Shown here: positions 1 through 10,219 of the stretch, in pieces
Numbering within the stretch: position 1 is the first letter of the stretch
How the letters are laid out: each line of letters starts with the position of its first letter
Assembly: GCA_963665095.1 (NCBI GenBank)
Contig: OY762069.1
Span: 2,720,001 to 2,784,000 of the forward strand
DNA: 64,000 nt
Reading direction: 5' to 3'
Source: an uncultured Desulfobacter sp.
GTDB taxonomy: Bacteria; Desulfobacterota; Desulfobacteria; Desulfobacterales; Desulfobacteraceae
Notes under the pieces: model-generated
The model's database searches: none
Told to the model about the DNA's origin: nothing
The model's input: only the letters and a program-made list of their open reading frames with translations
Program-made: the position numbers and the translations under genes

Positions 1-405
1 AGCTCTGGAGAGCCGGGTCTGGCACTCAAGGGGTTCGGCAATGATATCCCGTACGGTCATGCGGGGATTCAGGGAGGCATAAGGGTCCTGGAAAATCAGC
101 TGCATATGTTTTCTCAAGGGTTTGAACTGCCGTCGGGATAACCGGGTCAGCTCCAGGGTGTGTCCGTCCGGACTAAAGGTGATACTGCCGTCCGTGGCCG
201 TTAACGCACCGAGCATGGCCCGGCCGATGGTGGTTTTACCGGATCCGCTTTCGCCCACAAGGCCGAGGGTTTCACCTTTGTTCAGGGAAAAACTGACCCC
301 GTCCACAGCCTTGACATGGCCTTTGACCTGCCTGAGCAGCCCCTTGGAATATACCGGGAAATGGACCTTTAAATTCTTGATCCGAATTAACTCATCTGCA
401 TCCAT
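1..405 (-). CDS. Oligopeptide/dipeptide ABC transporter ATP-binding subunit (DppF/OppF-like), runs off the window start
   Basis: Manual translation from ATG at 405: MDADELIRIKNLKVHFPVYSKG...KAVDGVSFSLNKGETLGLVGESGSGKTT (Walker A); last gene of the ABC operon. Confidence 0.9.
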   Translation of the reverse strand, partial: MDADELIRIKNLKVHFPVYSKGLLRQVKGHVKAVDGVSFSLNKGETLGLVGESGSGKTTIGRAMLGALTATDGSITFSPDGHTLELTRLSRRQFKPLRKHMQLIFQDPYASLNPRMTVRDIIAEPLECQTRLSRA

Positions 406-428
406 CACATTCTATCCTTATCTTAATA

Positions 429-584
429 TAGTGCCTGAACAAAAACCTCGTGTTTGGTGTTTGGACGAAAAGGTGCCCAGATGCAAGGCGCAAGCAAAGC
501 TGCAACCGGAGCGTACTCCAGTACGTGAGGATTGCAGCTTTGTGCAGCAACGCCGCAGGTGGGTGACTTTTCGTTCAAACACTA
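429..584. repeat. ERIC-like palindromic intergenic repeat / MITE, copy 1
   Basis: TA at both ends; imperfect terminal IRs TAGTGCCTGAACAAAAA / TTTTCGTTCAAACACTA; core CAAGGC..GGAGCGTAC..GTACGTGAGG..CAACGC; related copies at 3973 and 44287. Confidence 0.75.
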
Positions 585-1691
585 ATATAAAAAGCAGCGG
601 ACAAACCGTTTATTGCCCATACTGGTCCGCGGCGGCATGGACCGGTTGCACTGTCCCGGCATAAATCTGGGACACCGGGGATGGAACGGACACCCCGAGG
701 GACGTTCCAGCGGACTTGGGATATCTCCCGGCACCGGGGTCAGCCGTTTTTTAAGCCGGTCCAGCCGCGGTATGGCGTCCAGCAACCCCTGGGTATAGGG
801 ATGTTTGGGGTCCCGGATCAGATCTTCGGTGTGCCCTCTTTCCACAATAATGCCTGAATACATGACAGCCACGGCATCTGCCACCCGGGCAATGAGCCCC
901 ATGTCATGGGTGATAAAAATCACAGACATGGAAAACTCCTTTTGCAGATCCTTGATCAGCTCAATGATCTGGGCCTGGATGGTCACATCCAGGGCTGTGG
1001 TAGGCTCGTCAGCCACCAGAATTTTGGGCCGGGTGGCCAGGGCCACGGCAATCATGGCCCGCTGGCGCATGCCACCGGACAGTTCATGGGGATACTGGTT
1101 CACCCGCATGCCGGCATTGGATATTCCCACACGCGCCAGCATGTCCACAGCAACGTCCCGGGCCTGATTTCTGGTCATCCGCTTCTTTCCGGCGGAATCC
1201 ACCGCAGCGGACAATGCTTCAGTAATCTGAGCCCCCACCGTGGCCGTGGCAGCCAGGGGACTGTTCCCCCCGGCTCTGTGCTGCCGCACAGCTTCCACAA
1301 TCTGGTTGCCAATGGTATATACCGGTGAGAATGAGGCCATGGGCTCCTGGAAAATCATACCGATCTCTCCGCCCCGGATCTGCCGGATGGCTTTGCTGTT
1401 GGGGGAGAGGGCATTGAGATTGACAGGGTTGTCCGGCCCGTTGTTATAAAACAGAATCCGGGACTGGGGATCCACCACCGCGTTTCTGGGCAGAAGTTTG
1501 ACCATGGCCCGGGTGGATACACTTTTACCCGAACCGCTTTCCCCCACAATGCCCAGGGTTCTTCCCCGCCGCACCTCAAAAGAGACCCCGTCCACCGGGG
1601 TGATCAGCCCTTCATCCGTATGAAAGGAGACCCGAAGATCCTTTACATCCACCAGCAGATCTGCATCAGGCCGTGTTGAAACGTTTTCCAT
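582..1691 (-). CDS. Oligopeptide ABC transporter ATP-binding subunit (DppD/OppD-like)
   Basis: GIVGESGSGKS, LSGGMRQR, ADEPTTALDVT, C-terminal GCPFHPRC; likely start ATG 1691 (MENVSTRPD). Confidence 0.93.
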   Translation of the reverse strand: MENVSTRPDADLLVDVKDLRVSFHTDEGLITPVDGVSFEVRRGRTLGIVGESGSGKSVSTRAMVKLLPRNAVVDPQSRILFYNNGPDNPVNLNALSPNSKAIRQIRGGEIGMIFQEPMASFSPVYTIGNQIVEAVRQHRAGGNSPLAATATVGAQITEALSAAVDSAGKKRMTRNQARDVAVDMLARVGISNAGMRVNQYPHELSGGMRQRAMIAVALATRPKILVADEPTTALDVTIQAQIIELIKDLQKEFSMSVIFITHDMGLIARVADAVAVMYSGIIVERGHTEDLIRDPKHPYTQGLLDAIPRLDRLKKRLTPVPGDIPSPLERPSGCPFHPRCPRFMPGQCNRSMPPRTSMGNKRFVRCFLY

Positions 1692-1702
1692 ATTTAAAAC
1701 TA

Positions 1703-2863
1703 TTATCCCTGGGTAACGGAATAGGGATCTGCCGCATCCCGTAATCCATCCCCTAAAATGGTAAATGCCAGTACTGCCACCACCACAAACACTGCCGGAA
1801 TAAAAAACCATGGTGCCTGTTCTATGGCCCGGATGTTCTGGGCGTCCTGAAGCAGAATTCCCCAGGAGACACTGGGGGGACGAAGTCCTAACCCGATAAA
1901 GCTTAGGGCGGTCTCGCTTAGAATCATATAGGGAAAGCTGATGATGAGATCCACAATGATGTAGGAGGTGAAGCTGGGCAGAAGGTGACGGGTGATGATC
2001 CGGCCGGCCGACGCCCCGGACAGTTCAGCAGCCAGGACAAAATCTTCGCTGCGCTGGCTGAGCAGGTGGCTTCTGATACGCCGGGCCAGGGTGGGCCAGC
2101 CAATGAGCCCGAAGATCATGGTCATGGCAAAATAGACCTGGTCATTGGACCACTCCTTGGGAAAGGCGGCGGCCAGGCCCATGTACAGAGGAATGATGGG
2201 AATTACCCTGACAATCTCAGTCACTCTCTGGATGACATAGTCCACGGTGCCACCGGCATAGCCGGCAATGCCGCCAATGATCAGCGCCAGGACAAAGGCG
2301 GTAAACACCCCTAAAATGCCGATGGATAAAGAGGTACCCGTGGCAAAAAGGGTTCGGGAATACAGATCCCGGCCCAGCTCGTCTGTGCCGAAGAGATGAA
2401 TTTTTCCGTTTTCCACCCCGAACAGATGGATGTCCGTGTCTATAAGCCCCCACATCCGGTAGGATTCACCAGACACAAAAAATTGTATGTACCAGCGCGT
2501 GTCCGGGTCCTTCACGGCGATTTTACGAAGAGTCACCGGATCACGCCTGGTTGTCACACCCTGGACAAAGGGACGCAAAGAAAATCCCTTGTGGTCAAAG
2601 AACCTGGGAAGCTGGGGGCCGCCCTGCAGATAGGACATATCTCTGGTGGTAACGCCATAGGGCGCCATGAATCCGGAAAAAAGCCCGCAGAACCCCATGA
2701 CAAAAAGGACAAGGGCCCCGGCCATGGCAAGCCTGTGCTTTTTAAACCGCCACCAGACCAGCTGCCACTGGGAAGCGGTATAATATTTTAATTTCCCGGC
2801 ATCTTCCGCTCGTTTGGGTTCAAGGGGGATATGGCCGACTGTGGCTGCATCTGTTGCACTCAT
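1703..2863 (-). CDS. Oligopeptide ABC transporter permease (DppC/OppC-like)
   Basis: HLFGTDELGRDLYSR, EAA-like loop, ETALSFIGLG, GDGLRDAADP. Confidence 0.93.
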   Translation of the reverse strand: MSATDAATVGHIPLEPKRAEDAGKLKYYTASQWQLVWWRFKKHRLAMAGALVLFVMGFCGLFSGFMAPYGVTTRDMSYLQGGPQLPRFFDHKGFSLRPFVQGVTTRRDPVTLRKIAVKDPDTRWYIQFFVSGESYRMWGLIDTDIHLFGVENGKIHLFGTDELGRDLYSRTLFATGTSLSIGILGVFTAFVLALIIGGIAGYAGGTVDYVIQRVTEIVRVIPIIPLYMGLAAAFPKEWSNDQVYFAMTMIFGLIGWPTLARRIRSHLLSQRSEDFVLAAELSGASAGRIITRHLLPSFTSYIIVDLIISFPYMILSETALSFIGLGLRPPSVSWGILLQDAQNIRAIEQAPWFFIPAVFVVVAVLAFTILGDGLRDAADPYSVTQG

Positions 2864-2868
2864 GTTTT

Positions 2869-3864
2869 TTACGCTCCCTCCAGCTGAATTCTTGGGTCCA
2901 GGGCTGCCAAGGCAATGTCAGACACAAAATTCATCACCACGATGAAAAAGGTAAGCATGAGCAGGATGGCGCCTGCCACATACATATCAAGATCCAGGTA
3001 GGACTGGATAAGCAGTTCTCCCAACTCCGGCAGCCCAAGGACCAGCGCCACAATGGGCAGCTCAGAAAAGATCCGGTTCACGTCAAACCCAATGGTGGAA
3101 ACCACAGGATTGATGGCCAGGCGGGCTGGATACTTGAGCAGCACCTTCCATTCAGGAAGCCCCCTTGCCCTTGCTGCGGTCACTGAGAGTCGGTTCAGCT
3201 CGTCCAGCATGGTGGCTCGCACGGTCTGCAGCTGCAGGGCCGTGGCAGACCAGGCCAGAACAACGGCCGGAATCACCAGATGCTTGAGCATGTCCACCAT
3301 CTTGGCAAAACTGAAGGCGGCTTTTTCAAATTCCGGGGAAAAAAGACCGCCCACACTGGTGTCAAACATGGTCACCGCCACATAGAGCATTAACAGGGCT
3401 AAAAGAAAATTGGGCAACGCCAGGCCCAGATAGGAGAGGACAGTCAAAGAGTAGTCCACGGCAGAGTGCCGGTGGACTGCTGCATAAATGGCAATGGGAA
3501 TGGAGATCAGATAGGTCAGAATCAGGGTGGCATACAAAATGGCAAGGGTCATCCACAGGCGCTGACCAATGACGTTGTTCACGCTTGTTTCAAAGGCAAA
3601 GGATTCACCAAAATCAAAATGGGTGACAATACCTGACACCCACTGCAGATAGCGCTGCCAGGCCGGCCTGTCCAGACCGAAATCTTTGCGGATATTGTCG
3701 ATATCCGACTGGGTCACATTAATCCCGGTACCGGAATATTTCCGGAATGCATACCGGTCCGCATAATCCCCGGGCGGCAGCTCCATAATAATAAACACCG
3801 TAATGGAGACAAAAAACATGGTCATCACAAGACCAAACACCCGATGCGCTATAAATCGAAACAT
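2869..3864 (-). CDS. Oligopeptide ABC transporter permease (DppB/OppB-like)
   Basis: LPPGD, FGLDRP, DFGES, ARARGL, C-terminal LDPRI. Confidence 0.93.
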   Translation of the reverse strand: MFRFIAHRVFGLVMTMFFVSITVFIIMELPPGDYADRYAFRKYSGTGINVTQSDIDNIRKDFGLDRPAWQRYLQWVSGIVTHFDFGESFAFETSVNNVIGQRLWMTLAILYATLILTYLISIPIAIYAAVHRHSAVDYSLTVLSYLGLALPNFLLALLMLYVAVTMFDTSVGGLFSPEFEKAAFSFAKMVDMLKHLVIPAVVLAWSATALQLQTVRATMLDELNRLSVTAARARGLPEWKVLLKYPARLAINPVVSTIGFDVNRIFSELPIVALVLGLPELGELLIQSYLDLDMYVAGAILLMLTFFIVVMNFVSDIALAALDPRIQLEGA

Positions 3865-3972
3865 AAAACCAATCTTTAATTATAGTTAAAACTTCCAGCT
3901 CACCCCACCCAGAGCGAAAACCAATCCAAATGAAAGGCGCAAGCCTTGAATTTGGACATGTAAAACCGTCCC

Positions 3973-4097
3973 GGGCGGGACGAGAATCTGTCCATATGCA
4001 AGGCGCAAGCGCGTCCGGAACCGCAGCGTACATCAAGTACGTGAGGATTCCGGACGCGCGCAGCAACGCCGCAGATGGGCAGATTATTGTTCCGCCA
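3973..4097. repeat. ERIC-like palindromic intergenic repeat, copy 2
   Basis: Same core as 429-584, but with different complementary stems (GCGTCCGGAA/TTCCGGACGC); abuts the stop codon of the binding-protein gene. Confidence 0.75.
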
Positions 4098-6146
4098 TTA
4101 TTTCAAAAACCATTGGTAGGATCTGTAGGGATAGGTCCAGTAGTAGTCGTAGCTTTTAGCCCTGAACGTCTTATAGTTACCAAGGTCATCACGATACATA
4201 ACTGGATTGACCACCTCACCCACCGTACCGATCTTCCAAAGATTCTTCACATGGATATCCACAATCTGTTTGCCAAGTTTGTTGGACTCCGGAGTATTCA
4301 AGGGATACTGCATAAATTTTTCAGTCAGTTCATACAGTTTTTTCACGTCTGCAGGCGGTTCAACCCCGTCCTTTCCGCCGGATGTTTTCCAGGCAGCCCA
4401 GCCAAAACCAGTGCCCGGGTTAAAATAATCCCCAAAGGGCGGGATCATGGCGGTGACATCCTGGGAGATGGCCGGAGCGGAAATGCCGTCGTTTTTCCAG
4501 GTGGTCACCTCGAGCTCGTTGTTGTTTGCACCGGCCCGGTACTCATCAGAAGAGACCTCTTTAAGGTCAATGCGCACGCCAACAGCAGCCCAGTAATCCC
4601 GTGCCAGTTCGTGCAGTCTTACAGGGGTGCCCTGGTTGGAATAAAGCAGTCGGATCACAAGGGGTTTTCCGTCAGGACGTTCCAGAATACCGTCATTGTC
4701 TTTATCCGTAAGCCCCATCTCTTTGAGAAGCGCTTTTGATTTTTCGGGGTCATACTGAATGAACGCATTTTTCTGTTCATCTGTAATAAAGGATACGGTG
4801 GCAGGCTCAGCAGGAGTACTCTGCATGGGGGTGCCCTGGCCGAGGAAGACAATCTCATTGATCTCGTCACGGTTCAGGGCCAGGGACATGGCCTGGCGGA
4901 ACCGAAGGTCATTGAAAATCCTGGCCAGGACAGGATCCTTTACCGTGGTGTTAAAAGAGTAGAAAACATTCTCGCCCAGGGCCGGGGCCAGATACACATG
5001 GTAATCCCCCTTTTTCTCGTTTTCCTTAAGCAGGGGAAAGTCCTCAATGAACACGGCCTGCTCTTTAAAGGTGACTTCACCGTTGGTGATTTTCAGATTC
5101 TGGACTTCTTTGTCTTTTACATACTGTTCGTCAATCTCACTGATATAAGGAAGCTGGTTGCCGGCGGTGTCCACAATGTGGAAATAGGGATTGGCCACCA
5201 TGTGACGGCCTGTGGCGGTATCATCCACTACAATATGAGATTCGAGTGTCGGCACCACCTGTTTGTCAAAGCCGGACAAAAGCGGGGTGGGTACATCTTT
5301 CCAGTCAGATCCGCTGTAGTATTTTTTTAAGAGCTCCGCCGCATTTTTCAATCCCTTTTCCCTGGCCAGGTTTTCGGCATCGGCGTTATATTTCGGCATG
5401 AATTTTTTTAAAAAATGCATGGGCTGAAAGGGCTGGCCGAAATCCACGGCAAACCGGTTCAAGATACCCGGGGTGGGCACAGGGAAGGTAAATTTAACGG
5501 TCAGATCATCAAGGGCTGTTACTTTCATAGGTTTGCCGGCAAACAACCAGCGATCCGGAGTTTTTTCGTAAACATCCTTGTTCAGGATCAGATCGTTGTA
5601 CCAGAACACAATGTCTTTGGCGGTAAACGGTTCACCGTCAGACCATTTATGACCTTTTCTTAAGGTAATGGTCAGCTCGGTGAAGTCGCTGTTCCATTTC
5701 CAGGCCTTGGCCACGTTGGGAACAATGGTTTTCAAATCATCATGGTAGCGGACCAGATTGACGTGGCGGATGGACAGAAGATCCGAGGTGCCGGACTCCG
5801 TGGCTTTGGAAAGGCCTTTCAGCACGCCGCCGTATTTTCCGATTTCATGATACGGGGCCACCACCAGGGGCTCTTCAGGCAGCCGGTCTTTGACTGCGGG
5901 TAAAGAGGCAGGATTGCCTGTGATCATTTTATTGTACTTTGCAATATCCGGATTCTGGTTAAAAGAGAGTTTTGCTTTGGCCTGGGATTCAAATTCCCTG
6001 AGTTCAAACTGGCAGGGGAATTTGGATGAAAAGCCGTTCATGTTGTCGGCTGTCACGGAAGGAGCGGCCTGGACACCTGTGGCACCCAGAAACCACAACG
6101 CCCCTGCCGCAGCAATGGTGCGGGCAATCGCTTTTGTGAATCTCAT
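4098..6146 (-). CDS. ABC transporter periplasmic substrate-binding protein, family 5 (OppA/DppA-like)
   Basis: Signal peptide (likely start MRFTKAIA at 6146), LPAVKDRLPEEP, LRKGHKWSDGEPFTAKD, RFRQAMSLALNRDEI. Confidence 0.92.
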   Translation of the reverse strand: MRFTKAIARTIAAAGALWFLGATGVQAAPSVTADNMNGFSSKFPCQFELREFESQAKAKLSFNQNPDIAKYNKMITGNPASLPAVKDRLPEEPLVVAPYHEIGKYGGVLKGLSKATESGTSDLLSIRHVNLVRYHDDLKTIVPNVAKAWKWNSDFTELTITLRKGHKWSDGEPFTAKDIVFWYNDLILNKDVYEKTPDRWLFAGKPMKVTALDDLTVKFTFPVPTPGILNRFAVDFGQPFQPMHFLKKFMPKYNADAENLAREKGLKNAAELLKKYYSGSDWKDVPTPLLSGFDKQVVPTLESHIVVDDTATGRHMVANPYFHIVDTAGNQLPYISEIDEQYVKDKEVQNLKITNGEVTFKEQAVFIEDFPLLKENEKKGDYHVYLAPALGENVFYSFNTTVKDPVLARIFNDLRFRQAMSLALNRDEINEIVFLGQGTPMQSTPAEPATVSFITDEQKNAFIQYDPEKSKALLKEMGLTDKDNDGILERPDGKPLVIRLLYSNQGTPVRLHELARDYWAAVGVRIDLKEVSSDEYRAGANNNELEVTTWKNDGISAPAISQDVTAMIPPFGDYFNPGTGFGWAAWKTSGGKDGVEPPADVKKLYELTEKFMQYPLNTPESNKLGKQIVDIHVKNLWKIGTVGEVVNPVMYRDDLGNYKTFRAKSYDYYWTYPYRSYQWFLK

Positions 6147-6512
6147 GGTTTTACACCTCTTAGTTTTGTTTTTTAAATTGTTTGCACATCCCTGCACCAC
6201 GTTCGAGAATCAAGCTGTCACATGGTTTCGGGTTGCTATATTCAGGCAGTTTGAGGATATGGATGCAGAATTAGACAATGATTAGTCATTTATTTTGGTT
6301 TCATTACCAATAACTATAAAAATCTATAGAACCCAAAGCGTTCCTTATACCCAGACCTAAGCGTTCATAAGGAAAACTTTGAGTATTATAAGTTCGTATA
6401 ACTTACCCTAATGCGATAAAAATAATGGGCTAATCCCGGCCTAACCCGACCGGTGTAATTTTTTTTTTGTATTCAGGCCAACCTAAATATTTTAACCCTT
6501 TAACAGTAACCT

Positions 6513-7418
6513 ATGGAACAAATCTCCATCCAGCAGATACGGGTTCTGGATGCTGTGGCCAGGGAAAAAAACTTTTCCAGGGCTGCCCAGCGTCTGGGCA
6601 TCAGCCAGCCGGCAGTCTCCCTCCAGCTTCGGGAACTGCAAAAGCGACACGGGGTAAAGCTGTACACCCGAAGGGGCAAGGAAATTCACTTAAGCGACCT
6701 GGGCATGGACCTGGTAACCACCGGGCGCAAGGTTTTAGGCCTGCTCAGTGAAATGAACAATACCCTGAAGGAGTCCGCCGGGCTGTTATCCGGCAGGATT
6801 CACATCGGGCTCTCCTGCCACTATTTTGTCAAAGGCCTTTTGGCCAGGTATATGACACAATATCCCGGCATTAAAGTCCGGGCCAGTATCGGGCACTCCG
6901 CCTATCTTCTGGAAGAGGTGGCCGCCTGCCGGATGGATATTGCGGAAGTTACAGCCCTGTCTCCTGTTTCAGGACTGCACTGTTTTGACTACAGCCGGCA
7001 ACAGATCATTTTGTTTGTGGCAACCCACCACCCCTGGGCTGAAAGGAAGCGTCTCTCCATTCATGAACTGCATGGAGAAAAGATGGTGGCCCTGGACAAC
7101 GAGTCCATGACCCGCAAAATTTTTAATACCCTTTTGGAAAAACATCAGGTAGAACCCAATATCGTCCTGGAGCTGGACAACTGGGAGACCATGAAAGAGG
7201 TGGTGGCGGCCGGCATTGGTTTCGGCATTGCCCAGGAAGATGAATTTGGTCCGGACCCGCACCTGGTCAAAATTCCGCTGGAAGATGCCGCGTGCAGTGC
7301 CGTTCAATATTTTGTCTGCCTGCCTGAATACAAAGACCTGAAAGCCATTGCCGCGTTTCTGGATATCGCCCAGAAGGAAAAAGAGCTAAGGCGCCTGACA
7401 AAAGCCGGCATCACTTGA
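6513..7418 (+). CDS. LysR-family regulator associated with aminoethylphosphonate catabolism
   Basis: N-terminal HTH NFSRAAQRLGISQPAVSLQLRELQ; directly upstream of phnX-phnW. Confidence 0.9.
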   Translation: MEQISIQQIRVLDAVAREKNFSRAAQRLGISQPAVSLQLRELQKRHGVKLYTRRGKEIHLSDLGMDLVTTGRKVLGLLSEMNNTLKESAGLLSGRIHIGLSCHYFVKGLLARYMTQYPGIKVRASIGHSAYLLEEVAACRMDIAEVTALSPVSGLHCFDYSRQQIILFVATHHPWAERKRLSIHELHGEKMVALDNESMTRKIFNTLLEKHQVEPNIVLELDNWETMKEVVAAGIGFGIAQEDEFGPDPHLVKIPLEDAACSAVQYFVCLPEYKDLKAIAAFLDIAQKEKELRRLTKAGIT

Positions 7419-7471
7419 AATTAATAAAATCCGGAGATCTGCCGGACTCATTCACTATGAAAGGAAATATA

Positions 7472-8326
7472 ATGACTCCGTTTATCAGAAAAAATTCATA
7501 TGCCGGCCCGGTTCAGGCCGTGGTACTGGACTGGGCAGGCACGGCCGTTGACCATGGATGCATGGCACCTGCCGCCGTATTTGTTGAGGTATTCAAATCC
7601 TTTGACATTGATGTGACCACGCAACAGGCCCGGATGTTCATGGGGGTTGAAAAAAAGGAGCATATCCGGAAAATGTGCGCCCTTGAACAGGTATCTGCAG
7701 CGTGGCAGGCAAAATACGGGAAAGCACCGGATGAAACGGATATCCAGATCCTTTATGACAAAACGTTTTCCCTGATGAACAAGGCCATTGCCGACAATGC
7801 CGAGCCCATTGAGGGCGTCATTGAAACCATGGATAAGTTACGGGCCATGGGGATTAAAGTGGGATCATCCACCGGCTACGTTTCCGGGATGATGGATGTG
7901 CTGGTGCCGCTGGCCGAAGAAAAAGGCTACCGCCCGGATGCCGTGTTCTGTTCCTCGGATGCCCCTGCGGGCAGGCCATGGCCCTGGATGTGCTACCTGA
8001 ATGCCATTACGTTAGGGGTGTATCCCATGGAGGCCATGGTGAAAATCGGTGATACTGTGGCAGACATTGAAGAGGGACTCAACGCCGGCATGTGGACCAT
8101 AGGTGTAACACGCACCGGCAATGAATTAGGCCTGCCGGCCGCACAGGTTGCAGAACTTGATCCGGAAACGCTGACACAGCGGCTGTCCGGGATTGAGGCC
8201 CGGTTCAGGCAGGCAGGGGTCCATTATGTCATCGAAAGTGCAGCGGATGTCCTGCCGGTGATTGAAGAGATCAACTCATGCCTTGCCAAGGGCCAGCTGC
8301 CGGGCCCCAACGGCGGTGTCAGGTAA
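7472..8326 (+). CDS. phnX: Phosphonoacetaldehyde hydrolase (phosphonatase, HAD family)
   Basis: LDWAGTAVDHG motif, MGVEKKEHIR (Schiff-base Lys region), GRPWPWM, KIGDTVADIEEGLNAGMW. Confidence 0.95.
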   Translation: MTPFIRKNSYAGPVQAVVLDWAGTAVDHGCMAPAAVFVEVFKSFDIDVTTQQARMFMGVEKKEHIRKMCALEQVSAAWQAKYGKAPDETDIQILYDKTFSLMNKAIADNAEPIEGVIETMDKLRAMGIKVGSSTGYVSGMMDVLVPLAEEKGYRPDAVFCSSDAPAGRPWPWMCYLNAITLGVYPMEAMVKIGDTVADIEEGLNAGMWTIGVTRTGNELGLPAAQVAELDPETLTQRLSGIEARFRQAGVHYVIESAADVLPVIEEINSCLAKGQLPGPNGGVR

Positions 8327-8347
8327 CAGATAGAGCAGGAAAGAATT

Positions 8348-9463
8348 ATGGACGAAAATCAGCTTCCTGATAATCCTTACCTTTTGCTGACCCCGGGCCC
8401 CTTAAGCACAACCAAAACGGTGAAAGCAGCCATGTTGAGAGACTGGTGCACCTGGGACCAGGATTACAACGACATTGTCCAGGATATCCGGCACCGGCTT
8501 ACGGCCATGGCCACCCGGTCGCAAGGGTACACAACCATACTCATGCAGGGATCCGGTACCTTCTGCGTGGAGGCGGCCATTACCACAGCAGTCCCCGCTG
8601 ACGGCCGGCTCCTGATTCTTGCCAATGGTGCCTACGGGCTTCGCATGGGGAAAATCGCTGATATCCAGGGCCTGGACCATCAGATCCTGGACTCCGGAGA
8701 GCTGGCACAGCCGGACCTGCATCTACTGGATGACACCCTGGCCCGGGATCCTGCCATCACCCATGTGGCAGCCGTGCATTGCGAGACCACCACCGGCATG
8801 CTCAACCCGGCAAAGGAGATCGGCCAGATCGTTAAAAAACATGGCCGCATCTTTATCCTGGATGCCATGAGCAGTTTTGGCGGCGTGCCCATGGATATGG
8901 AGGAGATGGGCGCCGATTTCTTGATTTCCAGCGCCAACAAATGCATCCAGGGCGTACCGGGCTTTGGCTTTGTCATTGCCAGACAACAGATTCTGGCACA
9001 AACCAGAGGCCGGGCCAGGGCCTTAAGCCTGGATCTTTATGACCAGTGGCAGACCATGGAACAGGGCCAGGGCAAATGGCGGTTTACATCGCCCACCCAT
9101 GTAGTCCGTGCCTTTGCCAGGGCTTTGGATGAACTGGATGAAGAGGGCGGAGTCCTGGCCCGGTGGGAAAGATATGCATCCAATAATGTATTGCTCATAG
9201 AAAACATGAAGGCCCTTGGCTTTGCGCCGCTTCTTCCCCGGACCTGCCAGTCGCCTTTTATAACGGCATTTATAAATCCCGACCATCCGGCGTTTGAATT
9301 CAAGCGGTTCTACGAACTGCTCAAGGAACAAAAGTTTGTCATATATCCTGGCAAGGTAACTGCCCTGGACACCTTCCGCATCGGAAATATAGGCGATGTC
9401 CACACCCGGGATATCCAGGATTTGACCCGGGCCGTGAAAAAAGCTATGTTCTGGACTAATTGA
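8348..9463 (+). CDS. phnW: 2-aminoethylphosphonate:pyruvate transaminase
   Basis: LLTPGPL, HCETTTG, DAMSSFGG, SSANKCIQGVPG (PLP Lys), WRFTSPTH. Confidence 0.96.
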   Translation: MDENQLPDNPYLLLTPGPLSTTKTVKAAMLRDWCTWDQDYNDIVQDIRHRLTAMATRSQGYTTILMQGSGTFCVEAAITTAVPADGRLLILANGAYGLRMGKIADIQGLDHQILDSGELAQPDLHLLDDTLARDPAITHVAAVHCETTTGMLNPAKEIGQIVKKHGRIFILDAMSSFGGVPMDMEEMGADFLISSANKCIQGVPGFGFVIARQQILAQTRGRARALSLDLYDQWQTMEQGQGKWRFTSPTHVVRAFARALDELDEEGGVLARWERYASNNVLLIENMKALGFAPLLPRTCQSPFITAFINPDHPAFEFKRFYELLKEQKFVIYPGKVTALDTFRIGNIGDVHTRDIQDLTRAVKKAMFWTN

Positions 9464-9525
9464 AATTTAACTCAAACAGCAAGACAGGATACCCCTAAAG
9501 GCCCTGAAAATCCTAAAGAGAATTC

Positions 9526-9975
9526 ATGAAAAAAAATAAAGCGCCTTCCCCGGTACCAAAGGGCACCTATCTCATTGTCATGAGCCTTGACCGGGGCCGG
9601 ACTATTCCTGTGGGACGCCTGGGACCTGTTCATTTTAAAAAGGGGCATTACGTATACGTGGGCAGTGCCTTTGGTCCCGGCGGTCTGAAGGCGCGCCTGA
9701 ATCATCATCTCTCCCCCAAAACAAAACAGCACTGGCATATGGATTACCTGAACCTTCCTGTAAGGGAGATCCGGGTGTCTGATCACGAAACAAAACTTGA
9801 ACATGAATGGGCGCAAAAGCTTTCACAAAGTGCCGGCGGAATCGTCCCGGGATTTGGCTGTTCAGACTGCAGCTGCCCATCCCATCTGTTTTATTTTAAA
9901 ACGCTTAAGGCATGGGAAACTGCCCTGGCCAGGCTGTCCGCTGAATATCAGATCTCCTGCTGGACCACGCGATAA
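9526..9975 (+). CDS. DUF123 / GIY-YIG (Uri) nuclease-family protein
   Basis: GTY..., GHYVYVGSA, HWHMDYL, PGFGCSDCSCPSHLFY. Confidence 0.85.
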   Translation: MKKNKAPSPVPKGTYLIVMSLDRGRTIPVGRLGPVHFKKGHYVYVGSAFGPGGLKARLNHHLSPKTKQHWHMDYLNLPVREIRVSDHETKLEHEWAQKLSQSAGGIVPGFGCSDCSCPSHLFYFKTLKAWETALARLSAEYQISCWTTR

Positions 9976-10219
9976 ACCCATTCCCATTGCATCGTTTGCC
10001 ATGAATGATTCTCTCCAATCCGTTTCTTTTTTGCACTGACCAGATAACGCAGCCATACAGAAAATTCGCCCCACTGTGAATGAAACTGCACAACAGGGGA
10101 AACCCTGTCAAATCTGCCATGGGCCTGGAGGAACTCGCAAGTATATTCATGGGACAGATAAGCCATCTGAATATTAAATACCGTTTGTCGCGGGCACGAT
10201 TATTTGCTAAACGTTCAAT

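Noticed and set aside
122..664. This and many other alternative-frame or antisense ORFs in the ORF track
   Set aside because: They are shadows of well-supported genes on the other strand or frame and have no recognisable motifs
10191..10208. Sigma54-like promoter GGGCACGATTATTTGCT upstream of the sensor kinase
   Set aside because: The GG-to-GC spacing is 11 rather than the required 10 nt, so it is not called despite a nearby enhancer-like site
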